NCBI GenBank assembly: GCA_963667015.2
Contig: CAXXJJ010000004.1
Coordinates: 2,624,001-2,688,000 of the forward strand
Length of the DNA stretch: 64,000 nucleotides
DNA from: Desulfatiglandales bacterium
GTDB taxonomy: Bacteria; Desulfobacterota; DSM-4660; Desulfatiglandales; HGW-15
Direction of reading: 5' to 3'
This document shows, piece after piece, positions 19,084 to 28,944 of the stretch. The position numbers and the translations under genes are program-made. The notes under the pieces were generated by a model. It was not told the origin of the DNA, did not search any database, and saw only the letters and a program-made list of their open reading frames with translations. The number at the start of each line of letters is the position of its first letter. Within the stretch, counting starts at the first letter, position 1.

Positions 19084-20867
19084 TGAAAAACATTGAAACA
19101 ACCATCAAGAGACTGCAGCAGATGCTGCTGGCTGAGAGTAATAAAAAGGGTTACTGGACCGGAGAACTGAGCAGCAGCGCCCTTTCTACCGCGACTGCAG
19201 TTTTTGCACTTGCGGCTGTGGATAAAGATGCCCATGCATCATATATTGATGCCGGCATCAACTGGCTGATAAAAAACCAAAATCCTGATGGTGGGTGGGG
19301 AGACACAACAATCAGCAAAAGCAATCTCAGTACTACACTTCTGGTTTACAGCGCCATGACTGTTACCTCACCGGATGACAATACTTTAGCTGCATGTGAA
19401 GATTTTATAAGCAGAATCGCTGGCTCTCTCGATCCGCAGGATATTGTCAGTGCAATACTAAAGGCCTATGGATCTGACAGGACCTTTTCCATACCGATTC
19501 TCACAATGTGCGCCCTTGCCGGAAGACTGGGAAAGGACGGATGGAAGTATGTGCAGGGACTCCCATTTGAACTCGCCATGCTTCCCCAGAAATGGTTCAA
19601 ATGGCTTAACCTGCCCGTTGTAAGCTATGCGCTCCCTGCACTGATTGCCATAGGCCAGGTTGGATTTTACCATCGCCCTCCGGGCAATCCCTTTAAAAGA
19701 ATTATAAGAAGCCGATCACGCTTAAAATCTCTCAATGTCCTTAAAGGTATTCAGCCTGATAACGGCGGTTTTCTTGAAGCCACACCCCTTACAAGCTTTG
19801 TTTTGATGAGTCTTGCAAACTGCGGACACAAAGATCATGCTGTTTCAGCAAAGGCAGTCAAGTTCCTGCTGGCCAGCCAGCGGACGAACGGGAGCTGGCC
19901 GATAGATACAAACCTTTCAACCTGGGTTTCTACCATGGCTGTTCAGGCACTTGAGCCTGAGTCAATCAGCGATACACGGCAAAAATTTATTTTAGCCTGG
20001 CTTCTGCGTCAACAGCATAGAAATATTCACCCATATACCATGGCTGATCCCGGGGGATGGGCGTGGACCGATCTGCCAGGGGGAGTGCCTGATGCTGACG
20101 ACACACCCGGCGCGCTTATGGCCCTCAAGATTCTAGACCCCGAGGCTAAATATTCACTTGATGCTGTTGAGGCTGCAACATCATGGCTGATTGGCCTGCA
20201 GAACCTGGATGGAGGAATACCCACCTTCTGCCGCGGCTGGGGTAAACTGCCCTTTGACAAAAGCTGTACGGATTTAACAGCACACAGCCTTGCAGCGTGG
20301 TCTTCTTGGAAGCCATACATGAAACCTGATCTTCAGCAGGCAATGGGAAAAGCAATGCAGAAGGGCTTAATTTTTTTAAATAAAACACAGCGTCATGACG
20401 GTTCATGGGTACCTTTGTGGTTCGGGAATGAACATATTAAAAACATGGTGAATCCTGTTTATGGAACAGCAAAGGTACTCTCACATCTTTCCCGTTTGAC
20501 TCCGGAATTGCTTTTTGCTGTAAAAGATTCCTGCAATAATGGCCTTAACTGGCTGCTTGGGGTTCAAAAGGAAAACGGCGACTGGGGGGGGGATGAAAAG
20601 GCCCCTGCCACAATTGAAGAGACCGCCCTGGCGCTCGACGCTATTGCCGGCTATGCTGTTATGGATGGATTTTCCGGTGACCTGACTAATGCTGTAAAAA
20701 GATCGCTTGAAAGAGGCGCAGGAGCATTGATTGAAATGATCAATAAACATGATACCCTGCCCGCCAGCCCTATAGGTCTCTATTTTGCCAGATTATGGTA
20801 TTATGAAAAACTTTACCCCCTTATTTTTTCTCTATCGGCCTTGCGAAAAGTCAGACAGATAGTATAA
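19080..20867 (+). CDS. Squalene-hopene-cyclase-like class II terpene cyclase
   Basis: Catalytic DxDD (PDADDT); QW motifs QNPDGGW, QRTNGSW, QNLDGG, QRHDGSW, QKENGDW; GYWTGEL at the N-terminus. Confidence 0.9.
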   Translation: MMKNIETTIKRLQQMLLAESNKKGYWTGELSSSALSTATAVFALAAVDKDAHASYIDAGINWLIKNQNPDGGWGDTTISKSNLSTTLLVYSAMTVTSPDDNTLAACEDFISRIAGSLDPQDIVSAILKAYGSDRTFSIPILTMCALAGRLGKDGWKYVQGLPFELAMLPQKWFKWLNLPVVSYALPALIAIGQVGFYHRPPGNPFKRIIRSRSRLKSLNVLKGIQPDNGGFLEATPLTSFVLMSLANCGHKDHAVSAKAVKFLLASQRTNGSWPIDTNLSTWVSTMAVQALEPESISDTRQKFILAWLLRQQHRNIHPYTMADPGGWAWTDLPGGVPDADDTPGALMALKILDPEAKYSLDAVEAATSWLIGLQNLDGGIPTFCRGWGKLPFDKSCTDLTAHSLAAWSSWKPYMKPDLQQAMGKAMQKGLIFLNKTQRHDGSWVPLWFGNEHIKNMVNPVYGTAKVLSHLSRLTPELLFAVKDSCNNGLNWLLGVQKENGDWGGDEKAPATIEETALALDAIAGYAVMDGFSGDLTNAVKRSLERGAGALIEMINKHDTLPASPIGLYFARLWYYEKLYPLIFSLSALRKVRQIV

Positions 20868-20883
20868 CAATTAAATAAAGGAG

Positions 20884-21522
20884 ATGATTATGAAAGTATT
20901 ACTTGTAAATGGAAGTCCTAATAAAAACGGGTGCACAAACACTGCCCTGGAAGAAGTAGCTAACTCACTTATTAAAGAAGGAATAGATGCAGAGATATTC
21001 TGGATCGGCAATAAACCAGTTTCAGGATGCATTGCCTGCCGTAAATGTGCGGAAAAGGGGAAATGTGTGATTGATGATGCTGTTAACGAGTTCGTGGACC
21101 GGGCAGACAGCGTCGATGGTTTTGTATTCGGTTCACCGGTTCATTATGCCGCTGCCGGCGGTGCAATCACATCCTTTATGGATCGTGTCTTCTTTTCCGC
21201 TGCCATGAGCGGGAGAAGATTCTTTTACCTTAAACCTGCTGCCTGTGTTGCCTCGGCACGCCGGGCCGGAACAACAGCTACCTTTGATCAGTTGATGAAA
21301 TATTTTACTATTTCAGAGATGCCGGTTATCTCATCCAGGTACTGGAACATGGTGCACGGATCAAACCCGGAGGAGGTTAAGAAAGACCTTGAAGGTTTAC
21401 AGATCATGAGGGTGCTGGGCAGGAACATGGCATGGTTTTTAAAATGCAAAGAGGCCGGAGAAAAGGCAGGTGTACCGCTTCCCGAAAGAGAAGACATAAT
21501 ATTCACAAATTTTATCAGGTAG
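20884..21522 (+). CDS. Iron-sulfur flavoprotein / multimeric flavodoxin family
   Basis: NGSP..NGCT, CIACRKCAEKGKC, GSPVHY. Confidence 0.9.
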   Translation: MIMKVLLVNGSPNKNGCTNTALEEVANSLIKEGIDAEIFWIGNKPVSGCIACRKCAEKGKCVIDDAVNEFVDRADSVDGFVFGSPVHYAAAGGAITSFMDRVFFSAAMSGRRFFYLKPAACVASARRAGTTATFDQLMKYFTISEMPVISSRYWNMVHGSNPEEVKKDLEGLQIMRVLGRNMAWFLKCKEAGEKAGVPLPEREDIIFTNFIR

Positions 21523-21536
21523 TTTCAAGGAATAAT

Positions 21537-22007
21537 ATGAAAAAAACAATCTATTTTGCAGGTCCTCTTTTTACACAGGCAGAACGAATGTGGAACCTTC
21601 GACTGTCCGAACTTATAGAAACTAAAAGAAATGACATTGAGATATTCCTCCCCCAAAAATTCGATAAGGATGCAATAATCGATGGGAAACTGGATTTCGG
21701 GAAAATATTTCAACTCTGCATAGATGGAATCGATAATTCCGAAATTATCGTTGCAATACTTGACGGCTCTGACAGCGACTCCGGCACATGTTTTGAGTGC
21801 GGTTATGCATTTTCTAAAGGAAAGCCCATTATAGGAATTCGAACCGATATAAGAGGCGGCGAGGATAATGGCCTAAACGCCATGCTTAATCACGGCTGCA
21901 ATTCTGTAATTCATTATGAATCCGTCAAAGACCCTGAAAAAGACATGGAGAATCTTGCTCAGCTTATTATAGCGGATATCGGGCATCAATTAGGACTGGC
22001 TCTATAG
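21537..22007 (+). CDS. Nucleoside 2-deoxyribosyltransferase family protein
   Basis: IYFAGPLF, FLPQ, DSGTCFECGYA..KGKP, NAML. Start adjusted to ATG 21537 after an AAGGA RBS. Confidence 0.85.
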   Translation: MKKTIYFAGPLFTQAERMWNLRLSELIETKRNDIEIFLPQKFDKDAIIDGKLDFGKIFQLCIDGIDNSEIIVAILDGSDSDSGTCFECGYAFSKGKPIIGIRTDIRGGEDNGLNAMLNHGCNSVIHYESVKDPEKDMENLAQLIIADIGHQLGLAL

Positions 22008-22104
22008 AATGTAAAAAAGGACAACCATAAATAAATAAAAAACCCGGGATACTTTTTTTATATTTCAATTTTTCTTTTTAAATCGGGCAACAGGCCTATT
22101 CCAG

Positions 22105-24120
22105 TTAATTCTGGTTATCCAGTACGTCCTTTACCTTACGGGCAAAATTATCTATTGAAAAAGGTTTGGCTATGTAGTTAATGCCTTCATCCAGTACACC
22201 TCTGTGAACAATCACATTTGCAGTGTACCCGGACATATAAAGTACCCTGAGGCTTGAATATCGTTTATTCAATTCAATCGACAATTCACGCCCGTTCATC
22301 TCCGGCATTACTATATCTGTGACGAGCAGATCGATTTTCTCAGGGTAATCACCTGCCAATCTCAGTGCATCTTTCGGGCTTGAGGCACATATAACATTGT
22401 ATTTAAGATTCTTAAGCACCCTCTCTATCAGCTCAAGGATAGCATCATCATCTTCGACAACCATTATTGTCTCACCCTGCCCCATAGAGGGACCTAATAC
22501 TTTTTCGTCAACAGGCTTGAAAGACTGTGAGATGGTCTCTTTTGGAAGATATATTCTAAAGGTAGTCCCTTTCCCGGGTTCGCTGTATATATTAATAAAA
22601 CCATTGTTCTGCTTGACTATCCCGTATACGGTTGAAAGACCAAGCCCGGTTCCTTTCCCCAGTTCTTTCGTAGAGAAGAACGGTTCAAAGATTTTTTCCT
22701 GCTGTTCTGAAGTCATTCCGGTTCCGTCATCACTCACTGCGAACATGGCATATTCTCCGGTCTTAAAGCCCAGATGGTCAGCACAATATTCCTCATCGAA
22801 AACGGTGTTTCCTGTCTCAATAGTAACCTTGCCGACATTATCTATTGCATCCCTCGCATTGACACAGAGATTTACCAGGATCTGATCAAGCTGAGAGGGA
22901 TCCATCTTGACCGGCCAGGTGCCTTCCCCGGGTACCCATGCCAGATCAATGTCTTCACCTATTAAACGTTTGATCATTGAAAACATGCTGTCTATTGTAT
23001 CATTCAGATCAAGAACCATTGGAGCTATGGGCTGTTTTCGTGCAAATGCGAGCAACTGTCCGGTTATATCTGTCGCACGCCTGGAAGCTTCCAGTATATG
23101 CGTGAAATATCCGTGCAGTGGATCATCTGATTTAACCTCCATTAAGGCAAGTTCAGCATAACCCGTTATAACACTTGAAATATTGTTATAATCATGGGCC
23201 ACACCGCCGGCCAGGTTTCCGATAGCCTCCATTTTTTGAGCCTGCTGAAGCTGTTTCTGCAGCTTTTCCTTTTCTTCTTCAGCTTTTTTTCTTCCACTGA
23301 TATCGATCCATGTTCCCAGTGAATAGACTATTTCTCCATTTTTATATATCGGAGTAACATCTAACTCAGACCAGGCATGTTCACCATTTTTCTTTCTGTA
23401 TATCCGCTCGCTCCTTTTAACCCCTTCTCTTTGTCTTTTTTCAATAGCCCCATATTGTGCATCATCAACCGACCAGGGATAAGGTATCTTTAAACCCAGA
23501 ACATCTTCAGAAGAATAGCCGGTCAGTTTTTCAAAAAATGGGTTTACATATCTCACCGAGGTGTCGGGGTTATAGACCACTATTGCAGTTGGCGAATGCT
23601 CAAGCAAACTTGAATTGAATGAGTCACTCTCCTGTAATGCCTTTTCTATCCTTTTACGCTCGGTTATATCTCTGGTAATCTCTGTAAAACCTGTTACTTT
23701 ACCTTCTTCTTTAATGGGTGAAAACAGGGTCTCATAAGCGCATCCTCTCTTTTCATCACTGTATTCAGCTATAAATTTCTCTCCCTTTAGCACCCTTTCC
23801 TGTAATGAGTCCCAGTATTTTATTATTTCAGGTTTTTTCGACATTTTATGGGGTGTTAACCCCGGCTCTATTTCAATGTTTAAGAGTTCCTCTCCCTTTT
23901 CTTTATATTTTGCATTAAAGGCCTGAGATACTCCATTACTGTCACAAATCAGAATATAATCTTCGGTATTCTGCATTAAGGCATTATAATAGCTCTGAAT
24001 CTGCCTTAATTTATCCATCTCTTCAAGCATCCCGGCTTTTTCTTCTTTTTGTTTTTCAAGAAGCTTTTCAAGGGTTTCAATTTTATTTAGTAATTCCTTA
24101 TTAGACAGTTCTTTTTCCAT
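22105..24120 (-). CDS. PAS-PAS hybrid sensor histidine kinase with receiver domain
   Basis: H-box GGVAHDYNN, NLCVNARDA, DDGTGM, FEPFFSTK, GTGLGL; receiver VEDD...TDIVMP...KPF. Confidence 0.95.
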   Translation of the reverse strand: MEKELSNKELLNKIETLEKLLEKQKEEKAGMLEEMDKLRQIQSYYNALMQNTEDYILICDSNGVSQAFNAKYKEKGEELLNIEIEPGLTPHKMSKKPEIIKYWDSLQERVLKGEKFIAEYSDEKRGCAYETLFSPIKEEGKVTGFTEITRDITERKRIEKALQESDSFNSSLLEHSPTAIVVYNPDTSVRYVNPFFEKLTGYSSEDVLGLKIPYPWSVDDAQYGAIEKRQREGVKRSERIYRKKNGEHAWSELDVTPIYKNGEIVYSLGTWIDISGRKKAEEEKEKLQKQLQQAQKMEAIGNLAGGVAHDYNNISSVITGYAELALMEVKSDDPLHGYFTHILEASRRATDITGQLLAFARKQPIAPMVLDLNDTIDSMFSMIKRLIGEDIDLAWVPGEGTWPVKMDPSQLDQILVNLCVNARDAIDNVGKVTIETGNTVFDEEYCADHLGFKTGEYAMFAVSDDGTGMTSEQQEKIFEPFFSTKELGKGTGLGLSTVYGIVKQNNGFINIYSEPGKGTTFRIYLPKETISQSFKPVDEKVLGPSMGQGETIMVVEDDDAILELIERVLKNLKYNVICASSPKDALRLAGDYPEKIDLLVTDIVMPEMNGRELSIELNKRYSSLRVLYMSGYTANVIVHRGVLDEGINYIAKPFSIDNFARKVKDVLDNQN

Positions 24121-24429
24121 TTTTTTAATTTCTAAAATTATAGGCGTTTATAAATGACTTATGTCTTAAAACCGCAGGATACCTGCCAACGGTGTGTCGG
24201 ATACTACAATATTTTCCTGACCTGATAATGTATTAAAATTATTTTCTAATGTAAATTGAATATAATTTCAATATATCTTACCCTATTTCAAAGAATGAGG
24301 GGTATAAATAACGAGGTGGGGGATAAAAAAGAGACACAATCTCAATTTTGGCGTTCATGAAGACAATATAATGAGACAAATCTCCGCCCGGCGTTTGTAT
24401 TATAATGGGAATTAAAGACATAAAACAGT

Positions 24430-24680
24430 TTTTCCATCTGGGGATCCAAACCATATTTAATATAACTGCCTTTTGTACCTTCAATATGAAACCTTTTATT
24501 CGGGCATGGCGAAAAAAATATCAATACCGAATATGTCTGTTACTTTAGCGATAATTTTGTATTCTCCATCATCAAGCGGCTTGAAATCGGCATGCCTGCT
24601 CATAGGCGTTTACGCCGATGTTGTGAGCAAGGTAATAATCAAAATATTCCACGCCGAATCTTTCAAGCTGTTCATTGAAT
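24430..24680 (-). pseudogene. Remnants of an aldo/keto reductase and a Gfo/Idh/MocA oxidoreductase
   Basis: Manual translation gives FNEQLERFGVEYFDYYLAHN, then (other frame) ADFKPLDDGEYKIIAKVTDI, both AKR-like; then RFHIEGTKGSYIKYGLDPQ, Gfo/Idh/MocA C-terminal-like. Confidence 0.6.
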
Positions 24681-24869
24681 AATTGAATACCTGTCAGCGT
24701 GTATTCAATTCACTATCTTCAATCATGTTAATTAAATTATAATTCCGAAATTAGAAAGAGAAATAGAACAATCATGTATAATTATTGTATTATCCTACAA
24801 TTCTCAGGAGAAATGGATTTTATTTCATTCAGAAACAGCGGTTTCATATTATGGAAATCGTGGTTAAGG

Positions 24870-24901
24870 TAGATTGACTATACATATAATGACGATATAA
24901 T
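24870..24901 (+). promoter_or_regulatory. Candidate sigma70 promoter
   Basis: TTGACT (24874) N16 TATAAT (24896), with TAGA in front. The same arrangement occurs at 27434-27465. Confidence 0.55.
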
Positions 24902-24936
24902 ACATAAGACATCGCTAACTAATAAGGAGATCAGTT

Positions 24937-26199
24937 ATGAAAATTATTAGGGTAACTCTATTAATCTCTATTTTACTTACCGCCAACGCGATCTATGCAT
25001 CTGACTGGCCCCAGTATCTCGGGCCGGACAGGAATGCTGTATCCGGTGAAAAGGGTCTGCTGAGATCCTGGCCTGCTGAAGGTCCAAAGGTCTTGTGGAC
25101 AGTTTCCCTTGGCGAGGGCTTTGGCGGCGCAGCAATAAGCGAAGGTAAAGTTTATGTGTACGACCGGGTTGACGACAAGATGAATATACTCCGATGCCTG
25201 GATTTGATGACCGGAAAGGAAGAATGGACCTTCAGTCATGAGGCCCCCGGATCAGTCAGCTTTGACGGATCAAGATCTGTGCCAACCGTCGACGGCAGCA
25301 GGATCTATATATGTGACCTTGTTGGAAACATTCATTGTATTGACAGGAATACACATAAAGCTCTCTGGCATAAGAATATCTGGGCAGGTTTTGGAGCGAC
25401 TGACCTGCCAACCTGGGCAATTACCCAGAATCCCCTTGTTTATAAGAATATGGTCATAGTTGCCTCACAGACTCAGGAAGCAGGCATCATAGCCTGCGAC
25501 AAAGAAAACGGAAATATCATCTGGAAAACGCCCGGCCTGCCCGGAAATGTCGGATATGTTTCACCTGCCATTGTAAAAATCAACGAAGAGGACCATCTGA
25601 CTATGATAACAGCAAGTAGCCGTGACGGCTCAACCAAAGGGGCAGTTCTCGGTTATAATCCGGAAGACGGAAAACATTTATGGACATATGAAGGATGGCA
25701 GTGCAGGATACCAGTCCCCAATGTTACTCAAATAAGTGACAATCAGCTCTTCATCACAGCCGGATACAGGGCCGGGGGGGTACTTTTTCAGGTCGATAAA
25801 AATGGAAATTCATATGCGGTTAAAGAGATAATGACCTCAAAGAAATTCGGAACCCATGTGCACCCTGCAATTCTGTATAAAGGGCATCTCTACGGCCAGT
25901 GCAGCAATAATGAGGTACAGGATGGTTTCATGTGCATGGATCTCTCCGGTAATATAAAATGGGAAACAAGGAGGAAGCCGGGTTTTGACAAAGGAGGGTT
26001 TATCCTGGTTGATGATATGATTATAAGCAGTGACGGAGAAAAGATGCTTTATCTTATCGAACCAACTCCCACCGAATTTAAGGTGCTGGCGAAGGCTGAA
26101 CTGCTTGATACAAAACAGGCCTGGGCGCCACTGGCACTAAGTGACGGGAAACTTGTGATAAGGGACCAGAAACAGATGCGGTGTATTCTGGTAAAATAG
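24937..26199 (+). CDS. Secreted PQQ-type beta-propeller protein
   Basis: Sec signal peptide, DWPQYLGPDRN; close paralogue of 27548 and 13531. Confidence 0.9.
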   Translation: MKIIRVTLLISILLTANAIYASDWPQYLGPDRNAVSGEKGLLRSWPAEGPKVLWTVSLGEGFGGAAISEGKVYVYDRVDDKMNILRCLDLMTGKEEWTFSHEAPGSVSFDGSRSVPTVDGSRIYICDLVGNIHCIDRNTHKALWHKNIWAGFGATDLPTWAITQNPLVYKNMVIVASQTQEAGIIACDKENGNIIWKTPGLPGNVGYVSPAIVKINEEDHLTMITASSRDGSTKGAVLGYNPEDGKHLWTYEGWQCRIPVPNVTQISDNQLFITAGYRAGGVLFQVDKNGNSYAVKEIMTSKKFGTHVHPAILYKGHLYGQCSNNEVQDGFMCMDLSGNIKWETRRKPGFDKGGFILVDDMIISSDGEKMLYLIEPTPTEFKVLAKAELLDTKQAWAPLALSDGKLVIRDQKQMRCILVK

Positions 26200-26270
26200 A
26201 GGTAGATATTGTCAAGGGGCACGTGTATCTCTCTGCGGGCTTTGAGAGTGTTTATGGCCTTATGACTATA

Positions 26271-26310
26271 AAAAAAGGGGACCCTGGTCATTCACCGGGG
26301 TCCCTTTTTT
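26271..26310. terminator. Bidirectional intrinsic terminator
   Basis: AAAAAAGGGGACCCTGG...CCGGGGTCCCTTTTTT between convergent genes. Confidence 0.85.
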
Positions 26311-26391
26311 AATTTTGGAGTTAGATAGTCAGGCAGTCCTGCAGCCCTCTGTATTACAGCAATTTCATCTTTGAGACTGCATTGTAATAAC

Positions 26392-27018
26392 CTAGTTCAT
26401 GATCTCAGCAAATCTGTTATAGACATTCTTTGCCACTTTATATGATGTATATTCCTCATATGGAATAGACATACTTAAAAATTTTGGAGGCTGTTTTGCC
26501 AATGATGGATCTTTTTTCTCAATTTCATACTTTATTTTTTTCACTTCACTGTTAAAACCTGCAAGAATCTTCTTACGGGTTTTTAATAACAGTTTTTCCT
26601 TCATTTCGTGCTGTGCCTTCTCAAGAAGTGTTATACCTGTATCAATCCTTTTTTCTTTAAAATATTCCTGCGCATCTGTAACAATTGAATGAAGGTTCAA
26701 CACCCTTTCCTGTTTGATCTCATCCATCAGCTTATCCATTTCAGCTGCTGCTTCCTTTAAGACCTTTTGGGTTACCTCCAATTCGTCATATATTTCTTCC
26801 ATAAGTTCTACAGCCCGGTTTGTTTTCATACTAGGGTAAACATTCTTTTTTTTCGCAAATTTAACAGCCTGTTTAAGCAGCTTTCCTATTTCTTTAATTC
26901 TTCTTTTTGTTGATTCGCCTTTCTCAAAATAAGAAATAACGTCTCTCTGTAAGAACTGATGAATTCTTACCAGACCGTAGGGCAAACCGTTTTTTTTGTA
27001 TCCATAAAGAAAAAACAT
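26392..27018 (-). CDS. Hypothetical Lys/Glu-rich helical protein
   Basis: 208-aa ORF with GGAGA RBS; no recognised motif. Confidence 0.6.
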   Translation of the reverse strand: MFFLYGYKKNGLPYGLVRIHQFLQRDVISYFEKGESTKRRIKEIGKLLKQAVKFAKKKNVYPSMKTNRAVELMEEIYDELEVTQKVLKEAAAEMDKLMDEIKQERVLNLHSIVTDAQEYFKEKRIDTGITLLEKAQHEMKEKLLLKTRKKILAGFNSEVKKIKYEIEKKDPSLAKQPPKFLSMSIPYEEYTSYKVAKNVYNRFAEIMN

Positions 27019-27433
27019 ACGCTATTCTCCTATTATTTAATGAAATTTTCTGACTGACCGGTTATTTTGCATTTTCTGTTCCATTTATAATTTGCTCTGA
27101 AAAATTTTTTTTATATCTATATATTTTTATGGATTCCTGTTGAAAAGAGATCATATACAAAGGGCCAACAATGTGACAACCTGTTGATTCTTCTTTTTAT
27201 TTTGGCTTCTTATCAAGTAGAAAACTCAGAACAATATACAGGTCAAAACTGAGGATATCTAATCCTTACTTGCTACTTACAATGGGAGAAAAGCGTATCT
27301 TTTATTATCACAAATATATAATTGTCTAGATTAATGCACTTAAAGGTTATTAAAAATATTACACTGTTTGGTAAAAAATCTAATACAATGGATATTGTCA
27401 TTATATTATCTATTGAAAAAACCCTGAGCAGGA

Positions 27434-27465
27434 TAGATTGACTCTATGTCAATAGTCTATATAAT
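27434..27465 (+). promoter_or_regulatory. Candidate sigma70 promoter overlapping a TTGAC-N5-GTCAA palindrome
   Basis: TAGATTGACTCTATGTCAATAGTCTATATAAT. Confidence 0.55.
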
Positions 27466-27547
27466 CATGACACAGGATGCAGAACCCAGGGCAAAGAAGA
27501 ATACCTGATAAACATCAATCCTTTCATGACATGGCAGGAGTATAAAT

Positions 27548-28828
27548 ATGAGAATTGTACTGACAATTGTAATAGTTACTATCTTGCTTATTTCTACTCA
27601 AATCAGCGCAGCGGACTGGCCTCAATATCTTGGCCCTGACAGAAATTCGGTATCCGTTGAGAAAGGACTGCTGCGATCCTGGCCGGAGAGCGGACCGGAG
27701 GTTTTGTGGACAGTTCCCCTTGGAGAGGGGTTTGGCGGGCCGGCTGTAAGCAAAGGTAAGGTATATGTCTATGACAGGGTTGACGACAGGGCGAATGTGC
27801 TGCGCTGTCTGGACCTTTTGACCGGAAAGGAAGAATGGACATTCAGTTATGAGGCTCCGGGATCAGTAAGCTATGACGGCTCCCGATCAGTTCCAGCGAT
27901 AGACGGCAGCAGGGTTTATGTGTGTGATGTATTCGGCAACTTTCACTGCATTGATACAAAAACCCGTAAGGCCCTCTGGAAAAAAAATATCTGGACCGAT
28001 TTCAGTAAAAAAGAAATACCAAAGTGGGCAATTGCCCAGAATCCGCTTGTTTATAAAGATATGGTCATCATTGCCTCTCAGACAGAGGAGGCAGGTCTTG
28101 TGGCCTATGACAAGGTAAGTGGAAATGTTATCTGGAAGACATCCGGCCTTCCGGGTGATGCAGGATATGTTTCGCCGGCGATAGTAAAGATCAATGATGA
28201 AGATCACCTGGTAATGATATCGGCAAGCCGATCTGAGGGATCTGAGGGAGCTGTCTGCGGATTCAATCCGGAAGATGGAAATCTTTTGTGGTCTTACATA
28301 TGGAAATGCAAAACCCCTATTCCAAACGTAACCGAGATCGGCAACAACCGGCTTTTTGTCACGGGCGGCTACAGGGCAGGTGGCGCTCTTATTCAGATTG
28401 ATAAAAAAGGGAAATACTACGCTGCAAAGGAAATAATGTTTTCAAAGGAATTCGGCACCCATGTTCATCCTGCTCTTTTTTATAAAGGATACCTGTACAG
28501 CCAGTGCACAAACAATCAGGTAAGAGAAGGCTTTATGTGTATGGACCTTGAGGGCAATATCAAATGGAAGACAGGAAAAAATCCTAATTTTGACAAGGGC
28601 GGATACATACTTGCAGATGATATGATTATAAGCAGTGATGGTGAAAAGATGTTATACCTTATAGAGCCGACCCCGGAGGAATTCAGGGTGCTGGCAAAGG
28701 CCGAGCTGCTGGAGACAAAACAGGCATGGGCACCCCTGGCATTGAGCGACGGGAAACTGCTGATAAGAGATCAGAAACAGATGAAGTGCGTTGTTGTTAA
28801 AGGGGCCAGGGAGTCGAGGATTCAATAA
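27548..28828 (+). CDS. Secreted PQQ-type beta-propeller protein
   Basis: Signal peptide, DWPQYLGPDRN; paralogue of 24937. Confidence 0.9.
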   Translation: MRIVLTIVIVTILLISTQISAADWPQYLGPDRNSVSVEKGLLRSWPESGPEVLWTVPLGEGFGGPAVSKGKVYVYDRVDDRANVLRCLDLLTGKEEWTFSYEAPGSVSYDGSRSVPAIDGSRVYVCDVFGNFHCIDTKTRKALWKKNIWTDFSKKEIPKWAIAQNPLVYKDMVIIASQTEEAGLVAYDKVSGNVIWKTSGLPGDAGYVSPAIVKINDEDHLVMISASRSEGSEGAVCGFNPEDGNLLWSYIWKCKTPIPNVTEIGNNRLFVTGGYRAGGALIQIDKKGKYYAAKEIMFSKEFGTHVHPALFYKGYLYSQCTNNQVREGFMCMDLEGNIKWKTGKNPNFDKGGYILADDMIISSDGEKMLYLIEPTPEEFRVLAKAELLETKQAWAPLALSDGKLLIRDQKQMKCVVVKGARESRIQ

Positions 28829-28944
28829 AAGGCTTCCGGTGCTTGCAGGAAAAAGCACTGGGCAAAGAGCATAGGGCGATCTCAGGACCGATTTTTATAC
28901 TTTCTCCATGCGCTATTGCTCTATGCGCCATACTAATTTGAAAA

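Noticed and set aside
19080..20867. Calling this shc of a canonical hopanoid cluster
   Set aside because: No hpnCDE/hpnGH neighbours and divergent motifs, so no symbol was assigned.
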